Source of the DNA: an uncultured Chloroflexia bacterium
GTDB taxonomy: Bacteria; Chloroflexota; Limnocylindria; Limnocylindrales; CSP1-4
Direction: 5' to 3'
Length of the DNA stretch: 64,000 nt
Assembly (NCBI GenBank): GCA_963828165.1
Contig: CAWHDR010000001.1
Span: forward strand, 1,600,001-1,664,000
Part shown: one piece after another, positions 49,891-59,800 of the stretch
Position numbering within the stretch: the stretch's first letter is position 1
Layout of the letters: every line of letters starts with the position of its first letter
Made by a program: the position numbers and the translations under genes
The notes under the pieces: model-generated
The model's database searches: none
What the model saw: the letters and a program-made list of their open reading frames with translations, nothing else
What the model was told of the DNA's origin: nothing

Positions 49891-51705
49891 ATGTCGTTGA
49901 TCCAGCGTGTCGAGCGGGCACAACAGCAGCGCTTGGAGACCGCCGAGGCCAAGGTGGCCGTACCGGTCGTCCCTCCGCCTCCGGTCGCGGTCCCGATCAG
50001 CTCGGAACGACGCGCGGCTCGAGAGGAGCTGCTGCACGAGATCAGGCTCCGCCTGCAGACCGAGGTCATGAGCGCCTTCGACACGCTCCTCGACCTCGCC
50101 AATCCGGACGAGCTCCGCGCCAAGGTCACGGCGATCGTCGAACGCGTCGTGACCGCGGACGGGTACGCGGTGACCCGTGACGAGAAGGCACACCTGATCG
50201 AGGAGCTGATCGGGGAGGTCGGCGGGCTCGGTCCGCTCGATCCGCTGCTGCTCGACGAGACGATCACGGAGATCATGGTCAACGGGCCAAGCCACGTGTA
50301 CGTCGAGCGGGCGGGCAAGATCCAGCGAGTCGACAGCTACTTCCTGAACGACGAGCACGTCCTGCGCGTCATCGACCGGATCATCACGCCGCTGGGACGG
50401 CGCATCGATGCGACGAGCCCCAGGGTCGACGCACGCCTGGCGGACGGCTCCCGCGTGAATGCCGTCATCGAACCGCTCTCGCTGGTCGGACCGGTGATCA
50501 CGGTCCGAAAGTTCCCGGCCAAGCCAGTCACCGTGGACGACCTCATCCGGTTCGGCACGGCAACGCCCGAGATGTTCGACTTCCTGAACGCCTGCGTGCG
50601 GGCACGGCTGAACGTCTTCGTATCCGGCGGCACGGGCTCGGGCAAGACGACGACCCTCAACGTCCTGTCCTCGTTCATCCCCGAGGACGAACGGATCGTC
50701 ACGATCGAGGACGCCGCCGAGCTGCAGCTCCGCCAGGTGCATGTCGTCACGCTCGAATCACGCCCGCCGAACATCGAGGGCACGGGCGAGATCACCATCC
50801 GGGACCTGTTGCGCAACGCCCTGCACATGCGCCCCGACCGCATCATCGTCGGGGAGTGCCGCGCAGGCGAGGCGCTCGACATGCTCCAGGCGATGACGAC
50901 CGGCCAGGATGGCTCGTTGTCGACCGGTCACGCGAACACCTCCGCGGACATGCTCCGCCGGCTCGAGACCATGGTCCTCATGACCGGCTATGAGCTGCCG
51001 CTCCGCGCGATCCGCGAGCAGATCGCCTCTGCCGTCGACCTCATCGTCCATACGGCCCGCCTCAAGGATGGCTCGCGCAAGATCGTCAACATCACCGAGG
51101 TGCTCGGGATCGAGGATGACGAGATCCTGATGCAGGACATCTTCGCGTTCGAGCAGACCGGCATCTCGGAAGGCAAGGTCGAGGGGCTGCTCAAGCCGAC
51201 CGGCGTCCGGCCGACCTTCATGGGCAAGTTCAAGCAGAGCGGGATCGATATGCCCGCCGACGAATTCGGCATCCCGCCCGAAGACCCCGATCACCCGGAT
51301 GCGACCCGCTCGCGGAAGGGCCGCTGGGTTGGCGGCGAAGCGGTCGACGTGGTCCGCCCGTCCGTCGGCCAGGGTCGTGCGGTCACGGCCGGCGGCATGG
51401 TCTATGTCTCGTCGATCGGGCCCGTCGATCCGGAGACCGGTCAGGTCGTCAGCAGCCAGATCAAGGAGCAGACACGCCAGTGCCTGCAGAACCTCAAGGC
51501 CAAGCTGGAAGCCTCCGGGAGCTCCCTCGAGCAGGTCGTGTGGGCGAACTGGTCGCTGCGCGATCCCGCGGAGTTCGACACGTTCAATCAGGAGTGGGTC
51601 CGCTGGTTCCCGGGTGACGCGCCGATCGGCCAGGGCACGCTGATGCCCACGCAGCACAAGCGCGCCGGCTTCCGGGTCTCGATCGGGGTCATCGCCGAGG
51701 CCTGA
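49891..51705 (+). CDS. CpaF/TadA secretion ATPase fused to a C-terminal RidA (YjgF/YER057c/UK114)-like domain
   Basis: EIMVNG, VDARLADGSRVNA, GGTGSGKTT, TIEDAAEL, RPDRIIVGECR; C-terminus AVTAGGMVYVS..PVDPETG..EQTRQCLQNLKAKLEASGSSLEQVV. Confidence 0.88.
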   Translation: MSLIQRVERAQQQRLETAEAKVAVPVVPPPPVAVPISSERRAAREELLHEIRLRLQTEVMSAFDTLLDLANPDELRAKVTAIVERVVTADGYAVTRDEKAHLIEELIGEVGGLGPLDPLLLDETITEIMVNGPSHVYVERAGKIQRVDSYFLNDEHVLRVIDRIITPLGRRIDATSPRVDARLADGSRVNAVIEPLSLVGPVITVRKFPAKPVTVDDLIRFGTATPEMFDFLNACVRARLNVFVSGGTGSGKTTTLNVLSSFIPEDERIVTIEDAAELQLRQVHVVTLESRPPNIEGTGEITIRDLLRNALHMRPDRIIVGECRAGEALDMLQAMTTGQDGSLSTGHANTSADMLRRLETMVLMTGYELPLRAIREQIASAVDLIVHTARLKDGSRKIVNITEVLGIEDDEILMQDIFAFEQTGISEGKVEGLLKPTGVRPTFMGKFKQSGIDMPADEFGIPPEDPDHPDATRSRKGRWVGGEAVDVVRPSVGQGRAVTAGGMVYVSSIGPVDPETGQVVSSQIKEQTRQCLQNLKAKLEASGSSLEQVVWANWSLRDPAEFDTFNQEWVRWFPGDAPIGQGTLMPTQHKRAGFRVSIGVIAEA

Positions 51706-51919
51706 CCGAGGGTTCGCATCCCGGGAACCAGATTTCTACGGCCACGGCATCGTGGACGCCAATGCCACGGTGACCGAAACCTTCGAGTTCCCGGAGTAGA
51801 TCATCCTGCCGGTTCGACCGCCGGGCGCCGGCGGTCGAGAGGCTTCCAACCGAGCAGGTCCTACTGAGGCGCCCAGGAACACGCCGCGACGCGCCGGCCA
51901 CGGCCGGCGCTTCTTGATA

Positions 51920-54556
51920 TCAGCGCAACTTCACCGTGATCGTCGACGTGTCGTTCGCCGGATTCGAGTCAGGCGTGATCGACGTCACGCGAACGGCGTT
52001 CTGAACATTTCCCTTGGCGTTGCCGTTTGTCGCGACGATGGTCGTCGTTGCGGTCGCGCCTGCGGCGAGGGTGCCGATCGGACAGGAGACCTGCCGCGTC
52101 GACGCCGCGAACGTGCAGCCGCCGGACGAGCCGGACGCTGAGAACGACAGCTTCGAGGGCAGCGTGTCGACGACGGCTACATTCGACGCCGCCATCGCAC
52201 CCAGGTTGCGCGTGGTGACTGTGAACGTGACCCGCCCACTTGCGACGGCGGCCGTCTGCGAGACGGCAAGGTCCGTCGTCGCGGCGTACGTCGCGGTGTA
52301 CGTCCGGGCTACGGCAGGAGCGGTGATGTCATGGCTCTGGACTCCGCCATCGGACCATCCCGTCCAGCGGTAGCTGAGTCCCCCGATGGTCTGCGGGGAG
52401 TCGGCCGACATCGAGTTCACCGATCCGACGATCACGCGCCGCGTGAATGGCGCCGCCCCCGTCGCGCCGCCGACCGTGAGGGTCAGTCCGCTCGGGGTGG
52501 TCGCGAATGTCAGATCGACCGTCGCCGGGTGGAGGTCTCGCTCGGCTGTGTGGCTGAGCCCTTGGGCGTCCGTCGCCGTGAGGCGCAGCTTCAGGTGTGA
52601 TGGGTATTGGTGGTCGGGGGCGGTGAACGAGCCCGAAGCGACACCCGAGAAGGTTTGGATCGGGTGCTCGTGACAGTCTTGCGGGCAGTGCATGAGGATG
52701 ACCTGCCACGACAGCCGCGAGGCCGCGAGGTTCCCGTCTTCGGGGTCCGTCGCGTGACCGCCGAAGGCGATGGTCTGGCCGACGGCCCACCCGGTCGTGG
52801 CGCTGTCGATGACCGCCGTCGGCGGGTCGTTACCGACGATGATCGTGGTCGCCGGGCTGACATGGCTGGCGCCCGAAGGATCGGTGACCTGCAGTCTGAC
52901 GCTGACGTTGCCGTCGCTTGAGTAGGTCCGGCTCGTGGTCTCGGTCGATGCATCATCGAAGCCGCCGTCGCCATCGAGGTCCCACGCGTAGGTCAGGACA
53001 TCGCCGTCGGGGTCGCTCGAGCCGCCCCCGTCGAAGGTCACGGCCAGCGGTGCCGGACCGGCCGCCGCGCTGGCCGTGAAGCTCGCAGTCGGCGGCTGGT
53101 TGGAAATGAAGTACTGGATCCGGCGGATCGTGCCGCCGCTGAAGTCGACGTAGAAGAGGTCGCCGGCCGGGCCGATCTCGAGGTGGACGGGATTGGCCGC
53201 AGGGGTTACGAAGTTGGCACGTGATGCCGGGTCCGGAAGGCCGTTGGCGCCGGCCGTCATCACCCATAGGCAATCGCGGCTGTAGTCGGCGAAGAAGAGG
53301 GCCCCGTCGTACTTGTCTGGGTACGCGCCACCGGCGTAGAACGCCATGCCGACGGTGGACGATCCCTGGCCGTTGTTGCAGGCCTCCCCGCTGACGATCG
53401 AATCGCTGTGCCGATACGTGTAATAGGGCGCAACGACTGCCCCGGCGCCGGCTGCGTATAGGTTCTCGCAGAGGTTGAGGTTGAGTGCGTCGTACGAGCC
53501 CTGGCGTCCATTGCCCTCATAACAGGGCCAGCCGAAGTTGTCGGCCGTGGCGTCCGCCGGCGTCACGAGCCGGTTCAGCTCCTCCCAGGTCGACCAGCCC
53601 ACATCGCCGCCCCAGACCTCGTTGGTCCCGGGGCGGATCGTGATGCGGAACGGATTCCGATAGCCGTAGCCGACGATCCGGCGGGCGTTCTGGTTGGAGC
53701 TGTTCGCGAACGGGTTGCCGGGCATGCCGGCGCCCGTGGCCGGGTCCACTCGGAGGACCGATCCGTCGAGTCCCGTCGGGTCGCTCGTCGTCCGGATATC
53801 CTGGCTGCGCAGGGCGCCTCCCTCAGCGGTGGGCGACGTTTGTGCCCCACCGACCGGCGCCGGCGGATCGCCACACGGGTTGAGCGGCGACCCGTCCTGT
53901 CCGTAGTCCGCGAAATTGAAGCTGGCGCCATCACCCCCGCTCACATAGAGGGCGCCGTCGGCCCCGAACGCGAGCGAGCCGATGGAGTGGCTCGGGTACT
54001 GCTGACACCAGTCCTCGATGAGTACTTGCTCGCTGCCGGTCATCGTGTTGCCATTCGCCTGCAGCCGGGACAGTCGGCCGCTGATCACGCAGCCGTCGCC
54101 GGTCGCCGCTGGCGGGCTGGGGCACTGGTCACCCCAGCGAGGTGCCGGCGCCGAGTCGCCGAGGATGTGGTCGTAGCTGTACAGGACGTAGACGAACGGA
54201 TCCGTCGGAAAGCCCGGAGCCAGAGCCATCCCCAGCAGCCCGCGGTCCCAGAAGTCGTGGACGTTAGTCCGGAGGTCGGCGAATACGGTCGGGGATGTGT
54301 CGGACAGCGAATCAAAGACCTTGATGATCCCGCTCTTCTCCGCCACGAAGACGCGACCGTCGGACGCGAAGCGAACGACCGTCGGGGCGTTCAGGCCGCT
54401 GATGACGGTGGTCTCCTGGAAGCCGGTCGGCAGGGCAGCGGCGTTGGCCCGTGGCGGGTTTCCGGCCGTGGAGGCGAACAAGCAGACAGACAGCAGGATC
54501 GCGGCCGCTCGACGGCCGCCCACAGGGAACTCCACGCGCGCGCTCCTTCGGCCCAT
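51920..54556 (-). CDS. Secreted glucose/sorbosone-dehydrogenase-like beta-propeller protein with PKD and DUF11-like domains
   Basis: Signal peptide; DRGLLGMALAPGF, GALYVSGGDG, GYRNPFR, NFGWPCYEG; PKD SSDPDGD..YAWD; DLAVSQT..NPAND. Confidence 0.82.
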   Translation of the reverse strand: MGRRSARVEFPVGGRRAAAILLSVCLFASTAGNPPRANAAALPTGFQETTVISGLNAPTVVRFASDGRVFVAEKSGIIKVFDSLSDTSPTVFADLRTNVHDFWDRGLLGMALAPGFPTDPFVYVLYSYDHILGDSAPAPRWGDQCPSPPAATGDGCVISGRLSRLQANGNTMTGSEQVLIEDWCQQYPSHSIGSLAFGADGALYVSGGDGASFNFADYGQDGSPLNPCGDPPAPVGGAQTSPTAEGGALRSQDIRTTSDPTGLDGSVLRVDPATGAGMPGNPFANSSNQNARRIVGYGYRNPFRITIRPGTNEVWGGDVGWSTWEELNRLVTPADATADNFGWPCYEGNGRQGSYDALNLNLCENLYAAGAGAVVAPYYTYRHSDSIVSGEACNNGQGSSTVGMAFYAGGAYPDKYDGALFFADYSRDCLWVMTAGANGLPDPASRANFVTPAANPVHLEIGPAGDLFYVDFSGGTIRRIQYFISNQPPTASFTASAAAGPAPLAVTFDGGGSSDPDGDVLTYAWDLDGDGGFDDASTETTSRTYSSDGNVSVRLQVTDPSGASHVSPATTIIVGNDPPTAVIDSATTGWAVGQTIAFGGHATDPEDGNLAASRLSWQVILMHCPQDCHEHPIQTFSGVASGSFTAPDHQYPSHLKLRLTATDAQGLSHTAERDLHPATVDLTFATTPSGLTLTVGGATGAAPFTRRVIVGSVNSMSADSPQTIGGLSYRWTGWSDGGVQSHDITAPAVARTYTATYAATTDLAVSQTAAVASGRVTFTVTTRNLGAMAASNVAVVDTLPSKLSFSASGSSGGCTFAASTRQVSCPIGTLAAGATATTTIVATNGNAKGNVQNAVRVTSITPDSNPANDTSTITVKLR

Positions 54557-54780
54557 CTCTGTCCGGTCAGTGGCCCCCGCGCGGAAACACCGCGTCCCCG
54601 GCTCCCCTTCGAGCCTGACCGCGAAGGTATCTGCGCTGCCGCCGGAATGTCTAGGACCTTCGTACCACTAGTGGTGCGTGGACGCAACGGCCCTCGTTTT
54701 CCGGCGCGGTAGGAGCGCTGGAGGCCAATCAAGACAGCCGGATCCAGGAAGCCTGTATGGTTCCCGAGCACGAGATTCGC

Positions 54781-54856
54781 CGGGGAGTGGCGTAGTTGGC
54801 AACGCACGTGCTTTGGGAGCACGAGATCGTGGGTTCGAGTCCCACCTCCCCGACCA
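54781..54856 (+). tRNA. tRNA-Pro(TGG)
   Basis: CGGGGAG/CTCCCCG acceptor stem, CGTGC-TTTGGGA-GCACG anticodon arm, GTTCGAGT T-loop, encoded CCA. Confidence 0.96.
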
Positions 54857-54924
54857 CACCGGCCCAGTGCTGAGGCCGGTCTCGCGTCACGTGCCCACAC
54901 CCCTCCTGTATGTGTCCCGCGCTG

Positions 54925-54953
54925 TGGACAGGATCGCGGCGGTAGGCTACCTT
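54925..54953 (+). promoter_or_regulatory. Putative sigma70-type promoter with overlapping palindrome for the iron ABC operon
   Basis: TGGACA-N17-TACCTT; palindrome GGTAG-G-CTACC at 54941-54951 overlaps the -10. Confidence 0.5.
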
Positions 54954-55036
54954 GCGCACAGATGACAAGGTGCCTTGCGTCATTGACCCATGGGCACCTG
55001 TCGAACTGCCAGCTGTGACGCAGAAGGAATCATCCA

Positions 55037-56152
55037 ATGATCGATCGGTCCATCCGGCGGGCGCGCGGCCTGACGGGCATCCTCGTTGCGACGGCGCTCG
55101 TCGCCAGTGCCTGTAGTGCCGCCGGCACCGGGGCCTCCTCGAGCCCGCCCCTCGCGGCGTCTCCGTCGGCAGCGACGTCCGTCGCGCCGCAGCCCAGCGC
55201 GACCCCGAGCTCCGAACCGATCGGCGGCAGCATCACGATCTACAACGCGCAGCACGAATCCCTCACGCAGGCCTGGGTGGACGAGTTCACGAAGCAGACC
55301 GGCGTGCAGGTGACGCTGCGGAACGGCGATGACTCCGAGCTCGGCAACCTGCTCGTGCAGGAAGGTGCCGCGTCGCCGGCCGATGTGTTCCTGACCGAGA
55401 ACTCCCCGGCCATGGCCCTCGTGGAGAACGCGGGGCTGTTGGCCCCCATCGACCAGGGAACGCTGGACCAGGTCCCACCCGCGTATCGACCATCGACCGG
55501 CGCCTGGACCGGGATCGCGGCGCGATCAACGGTCTTCGCGTACAACGAGGCGGAACTTCCCGCCGATCAGCTCCCGGCATCGATCATGGATCTCCAGGAT
55601 CCGGCGTGGAAGGGCCGCTGGGCCGCATCACCCGGCGGCGCCGACTTCCAGGCCATCGTCAGCGCGATGCTGGCGCTCGAGGGCGCCGAGGCCACCGAGG
55701 CATGGCTCGAGGGGATGAAGACGACCTTCACGGCCTATCAAGGCAATCGGACCGTGATGGCCGCGGTGAACTCCGGGGAGATCCCTGCGGGCGTCATCTA
55801 TCACTACTACTGGTTCGGCGACCAGGCCAACACCGGCGAGAACAGCCAGAACGTGACGCTTCACTACTTCAAGAACCAGGACCCGGGCGCGTTCGTGAGC
55901 GTCTCTGGCGGCGGGGTCCTGCAGTCGAGCAAGAATGCGGCCGCGGCGCAGGCCTTCCTGCACTTCGTCACCGGCGTCGACGGCCAGACGATCCTCCAGA
56001 CGGGCGACTCCTTCGAGTACGCGATCGCCAGCGACGTGGCCGCGAACCCGGCGCTCGTGCCGCTCGACGACCTGGAGGCGCCGACCATCGATCCGTCCAC
56101 TCTCGACAGCAAGGAGGTCACCGACCTCATGACCCGGGCCGGACTCCTTTGA
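55037..56152 (+). CDS. Fe3+ ABC transporter substrate-binding lipoprotein (FbpA/AfuA family)
   Basis: Lipobox ASAC; YNAQHESL, SPADVFLTENSPAM, GVIYHYYW, DPGAFVSVSGGGVL. Confidence 0.9.
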   Translation: MIDRSIRRARGLTGILVATALVASACSAAGTGASSSPPLAASPSAATSVAPQPSATPSSEPIGGSITIYNAQHESLTQAWVDEFTKQTGVQVTLRNGDDSELGNLLVQEGAASPADVFLTENSPAMALVENAGLLAPIDQGTLDQVPPAYRPSTGAWTGIAARSTVFAYNEAELPADQLPASIMDLQDPAWKGRWAASPGGADFQAIVSAMLALEGAEATEAWLEGMKTTFTAYQGNRTVMAAVNSGEIPAGVIYHYYWFGDQANTGENSQNVTLHYFKNQDPGAFVSVSGGGVLQSSKNAAAAQAFLHFVTGVDGQTILQTGDSFEYAIASDVAANPALVPLDDLEAPTIDPSTLDSKEVTDLMTRAGLL

Positions 56153-56197
56153 GTCCTCCGCGCATCGCGTCTCGGCGGGCTACGCCACGATAGACGC

Positions 56198-57757
56198 GTG
56201 CGGGCGATGCTGATCCGACCGGGAGGAGCGCCACGGGCGCATCTCCCGGTCATGCTTCTGATCCCCGCCGCCGCGGTCTCGGCGGCCGCATTGATCCCGC
56301 TGCTCTACGTGGTCCTCGTCACGGTGCAGACCGGATGGGCGACCTTCGTCGAGCTGACCTTCCGTCCGCGGGTGCTCGAGCTCCTCGTGAACACCATCGG
56401 GCTGCTCGTCCTGGCCACGCCCGCCTGCGTGGCGCTCGGCGTCGGGGCCGCGTGGCTGGTCGAGCGAACGCAGCTGCCAGGTCGTCGGGCGTGGGCGGTC
56501 CTGCTCGCCGCGCCCCTGGTGATCCCCGCCTTCGTCACGGGTTACGGCTGGGTCAGTGTCGTCCCATCGATGTCGGGCCTGCCGGCCGGTGTCCTGATCG
56601 CCACGCTGGCCTACTTCCCGCTCGTCTACCTCCCGGTCGTGGCGGCGCTGCGGCGTCTCGATCCCGCGCTGGAGGAAGTCGGCGCCAGCCTCGGTCAGAG
56701 TCCGGCCCAGGTGTTTCGGCGCGTGGTCCTGCCGCAGTTGCGGCTCCCGATCCTGGGCGGATCGCTCCTCGTCGGGCTGCACCTGCTTGCCGAGTACGGC
56801 GCCTTCGCGATCGTGCGCTTCGAGACGTTCACGACCGCGATCATCCAGCAGTACCGATCCACCTTCAACGGTCCGGCCGCCGCGTCGCTGGCTGGGGTGC
56901 TGGTGGTCTGCTGCCTGTCGCTCCTCCTCGTTGAAAATGTCGCCCGCGGCGGGAGCCGGTACGCACGGATCGGGTCCGGTGCCGCCCGGCCCCAGCGTCG
57001 TGCACGGTTAGGACGCATGGCCCTGCCGGCGGCGGCCGGGGCTGCGCTGCTGGTCGGGCTCGCGGTCGGCGTGCCCATGATGAGCATCGCCCGCTGGCTG
57101 GGTCGGGGCGGCATGGCCGTGTGGGGGGACGATCGCCTCGTCCAGGCGCTGACCCAGACCACGATCCTCGCCGCGACCGGCGCGTTCATCACGGTCGTCC
57201 TCGCCGTGCCCACGGCCTGGCTCGTCGTGCGGTTCGGCTCCCGGATCAGCCGCGCGCTGGAGGCGACCAACTACGTGACGAGCGCCCTGCCGGGGATCGT
57301 CGTCGCGCTGGCCCTCGCGACGGTCACCATCCGGCTGGCGCAACCGCTCTACCAGACGGTCGTGGTCCTGCTGCTGGCCTACGTCCTGTTGTTCATGCCC
57401 CGCGCGTTGATCAACCTTCGCTCTGGGATCGCGCAGGTCCCCGTCGGACTCGAAGAGGTCGCGCAGTCGCTGGGCAAGCCGCCCGTGAGCGCCTTCCTCC
57501 GCGTGACCGGACGACTCGCGGCCCCGTCCGCGCTGGCGGGCGCCGCCCTGGTCTTCCTCGGCATCGTCAACGAGCTGACCGCCACGCTCCTCCTCGGCCC
57601 GAACGGGACGCGGACCATGGCCACGCAGTTCTGGAGCCACGTCAACGACCTGGACTACGCGAGTGCGGCGCCCTACGCGTTCCTCATGGTCCTGCTGTCG
57701 ATCCCCATGGTGTCCGTGCTCTTTCGCGCATCGCAGGGTTCGATCGCCCATGGCTAG
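56198..57757 (+). CDS. Fe3+ ABC transporter permease (FbpB family)
   Basis: Two EAA loops ([22 protein letters not shown]), [15 protein letters not shown]. Confidence 0.9.
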   Translation: MRAMLIRPGGAPRAHLPVMLLIPAAAVSAAALIPLLYVVLVTVQTGWATFVELTFRPRVLELLVNTIGLLVLATPACVALGVGAAWLVERTQLPGRRAWAVLLAAPLVIPAFVTGYGWVSVVPSMSGLPAGVLIATLAYFPLVYLPVVAALRRLDPALEEVGASLGQSPAQVFRRVVLPQLRLPILGGSLLVGLHLLAEYGAFAIVRFETFTTAIIQQYRSTFNGPAAASLAGVLVVCCLSLLLVENVARGGSRYARIGSGAARPQRRARLGRMALPAAAGAALLVGLAVGVPMMSIARWLGRGGMAVWGDDRLVQALTQTTILAATGAFITVVLAVPTAWLVVRFGSRISRALEATNYVTSALPGIVVALALATVTIRLAQPLYQTVVVLLLAYVLLFMPRALINLRSGIAQVPVGLEEVAQSLGKPPVSAFLRVTGRLAAPSALAGAALVFLGIVNELTATLLLGPNGTRTMATQFWSHVNDLDYASAAPYAFLMVLLSIPMVSVLFRASQGSIAHG

Positions 57758-58421
57758 CGTCGTGCTCGACGGCGTCTCGAAGGCCTTCGGCGCGGTTCGC
57801 GTCCTGGATCAGCTCGACCTCAGGGTCGACGATGGTCGGACCGTCGCGATCGTCGGGCCGTCGGGATGCGGCAAGACCACGGTGCTGCGTCTGATCGGTG
57901 GCTTCGATGCACCCGACGCCGGCTCGATCGCGATCGGCGAGATCACGGTGAGCGGCAGCGCCTGGGTGCCCGCGCATCGGCGGGGCATCGGCTACGTGCC
58001 ACAGGACGGAGGCCTCTTCCCCCATCTCACCGTCGCCCAGAACGTGACCTTCGGGCTGGATGGGCGAGCGGCCACGCCCGACCGGCTACGGGAGCTGCTC
58101 GACCTCGTGTCGCTCGAGCCGCACCTGGCCGACCGGCGACCCGACCAGCTGTCGGGAGGCCAGCAGCAGCGTGTCGCCCTCGCCCGAGCCGTCGCGAACC
58201 GCCCACACGTCGTCTTGCTCGACGAGCCGTTCAGCGCGCTCGATGCGGACCTGCGTGGCGAGACGCGAGACGGCGTCCGCCGCCTGCTCGACGCGACCGG
58301 GATCACGGCCGTCGTGGTGACGCACGACCGGCAGGACGCGATGGACTTCGCGGACCAGGTCGCGGTCATGGAGGATGGCCGGATCGCGAGGATGGGCGCG
58401 CCGGGCGTCGTCTACGGCTAG
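57750..58421 (+). CDS. ABC transporter ATP-binding protein (FbpC-like, no TOBE domain)
   Basis: [37 protein letters not shown]. Confidence 0.9.
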   Translation: MASVVLDGVSKAFGAVRVLDQLDLRVDDGRTVAIVGPSGCGKTTVLRLIGGFDAPDAGSIAIGEITVSGSAWVPAHRRGIGYVPQDGGLFPHLTVAQNVTFGLDGRAATPDRLRELLDLVSLEPHLADRRPDQLSGGQQQRVALARAVANRPHVVLLDEPFSALDADLRGETRDGVRRLLDATGITAVVVTHDRQDAMDFADQVAVMEDGRIARMGAPGVVYG

Positions 58422-58459
58422 CGAGGCGAGCGAGGCCTGCGAGGCCCCGGACCATTCGG

Positions 58460-59080
58460 TCACGCCGGCATGAGCGCCGTGGCGAGCGCGAGCACCGCGA
58501 ACGCCCCGATCAGCAAGCCCGACGCGATGTTGATCCGTCGCAGCCAGATCCGCGTCAGCCGCGAGCGCAACGCACCGACGGCGGTCACGAGGACGACCCA
58601 CCACGCGGCCGATCCCAGGAACACGCCGATCGTCAGCGACGCGGCGCCGGCGGCGTCGCCGCCGCTGATCCCGAGACCCACGAACAGCGCCCCGAACGAC
58701 AGGATCGTCATCGGGTTCGTGAGGGTGAGCGCGAGGGTGGACAGGTACGCGCCGGGCAACCCCCGGCGGCGCGCCGCCGCCGTCGCGGCTTCGCCTGGTT
58801 CGGCACGGAACGTCCGCCAGGCAAGCCACAGCAGGAAGGAGCCGCCAACGAGCCCGAGTGCCCGTCGCCAGTCGACGAGGACGTCCGTGATCGCGGTCAG
58901 CCCGAACGCTGCGATCGCCCCGTACGTCGCATCGGCCGTGGCGACGCCGAGCCCGGATGTCAACCCAACGATGCGGCCCTCCGCCAGCGTTCGCCGGATG
59001 CACAGCAGGCTGATCGGCCCGACCGCGGCCGCGATCGTGAAACCGAGCACGAGTCCCCGTGCCAGGAGCGTCGGATCCAT
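58460..59080 (-). CDS. LysE family amino-acid exporter
   Basis: GFTIAAAVGPISLLCIRRTL, GLGVATADATYG, LTLTNPMTIL, GVFLGSAAWW. Confidence 0.9.
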   Translation of the reverse strand: MDPTLLARGLVLGFTIAAAVGPISLLCIRRTLAEGRIVGLTSGLGVATADATYGAIAAFGLTAITDVLVDWRRALGLVGGSFLLWLAWRTFRAEPGEAATAAARRRGLPGAYLSTLALTLTNPMTILSFGALFVGLGISGGDAAGAASLTIGVFLGSAAWWVVLVTAVGALRSRLTRIWLRRINIASGLLIGAFAVLALATALMPA

Positions 59081-59100
59081 GGGAGATGCCTCCAGATACA

Positions 59101-59131
59101 CAAAACACCCTCGGCGTCGTGCCGAGGGTGT
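59101..59131 (-). terminator. Intrinsic terminator-like hairpin in the 5' leader of the LysE gene (attenuator)
   Basis: Minus strand ACACCCTCGGC-acgac-GCCGAGGGTGT followed by TTTG. Confidence 0.7.
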
Positions 59132-59171
59132 CCTCTCAGTCGGTGGTCGGCGCCCTCGCGGGCGCGGCGCA

Positions 59172-59240
59172 TCAGTTCGAGCAGGCCCTCGCGGGCCGCT
59201 GCTGCGTCGTGGTCGCGCGGCGGGAGTCGGTGGCGGCCAT
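59172..59240 (-). CDS. Putative leader peptide MAATDSRRATTTQQRPARACSN
   Basis: 22-codon ORF ending ~40 nt before the terminator hairpin upstream of LysE. Confidence 0.45.
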   Translation of the reverse strand: MAATDSRRATTTQQRPARACSN

Positions 59241-59353
59241 GTCGTCGCGCAGGGTGGCGGATTCGGGCTGGCGCTGTCAACTCCTGGTTGCGAAGATGGC
59301 AGGGTCCGGCGCGTCTCACTGCTCGAACGCCGGTCCGCCTCGAATGGAGACCG

Positions 59354-59800
59354 ATGATGAACGCGTTCGAGCCACTGATCGGCGAATGGCACGGCGAAGG
59401 CGTACTCCCGCTCGATCCTCCGATGAAGATGTCCGCGGAGACCACGGTCGAACGTCTGGGCGAGTTCGTCGTGCTCCGCTCGAGGGGCCAGCCCGCGGAC
59501 CTGCCGGACAGCGTCTCGATCATCGGCGGCGCACCCGAGGGCGAGCCGCAGCCGATGCACTACTTCGACGATCGCGGCGTCAAGCGGCTGTTCCTGATGG
59601 CCCTCGACGGCTCCACCTGGAAGATCTGGCGAGCCCCAGGCGAGGATTGGAACGGCCCCGATGGCCCCGGCTTCAACCAGCGGTACATCGGCGAGATCTC
59701 GGCTGACGGCACCACGATCAAAGGCCGCTGGGAGCGCGCCACGGGCGACGCCGGCGATCAGTGGGAGATCGACTTCCCGTTCGACTACGTCCGTAAGTAA
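59354..59800 (+). CDS. Hypothetical beta-barrel protein (DUF1579-like)
   Basis: LIGEWHGEG, MHYFDDRGVKR, FNQRYIGEISADGTTIKGRWE, WEIDFPFDYVR; GGAG RBS. Confidence 0.7.
   Translation: MMNAFEPLIGEWHGEGVLPLDPPMKMSAETTVERLGEFVVLRSRGQPADLPDSVSIIGGAPEGEPQPMHYFDDRGVKRLFLMALDGSTWKIWRAPGEDWNGPDGPGFNQRYIGEISADGTTIKGRWERATGDAGDQWEIDFPFDYVRK

Noticed and set aside
54781-58421. Genomic island integrated at tRNA-Pro
   Set aside because: No integrase and no duplicated tRNA 3' end seen in the window.
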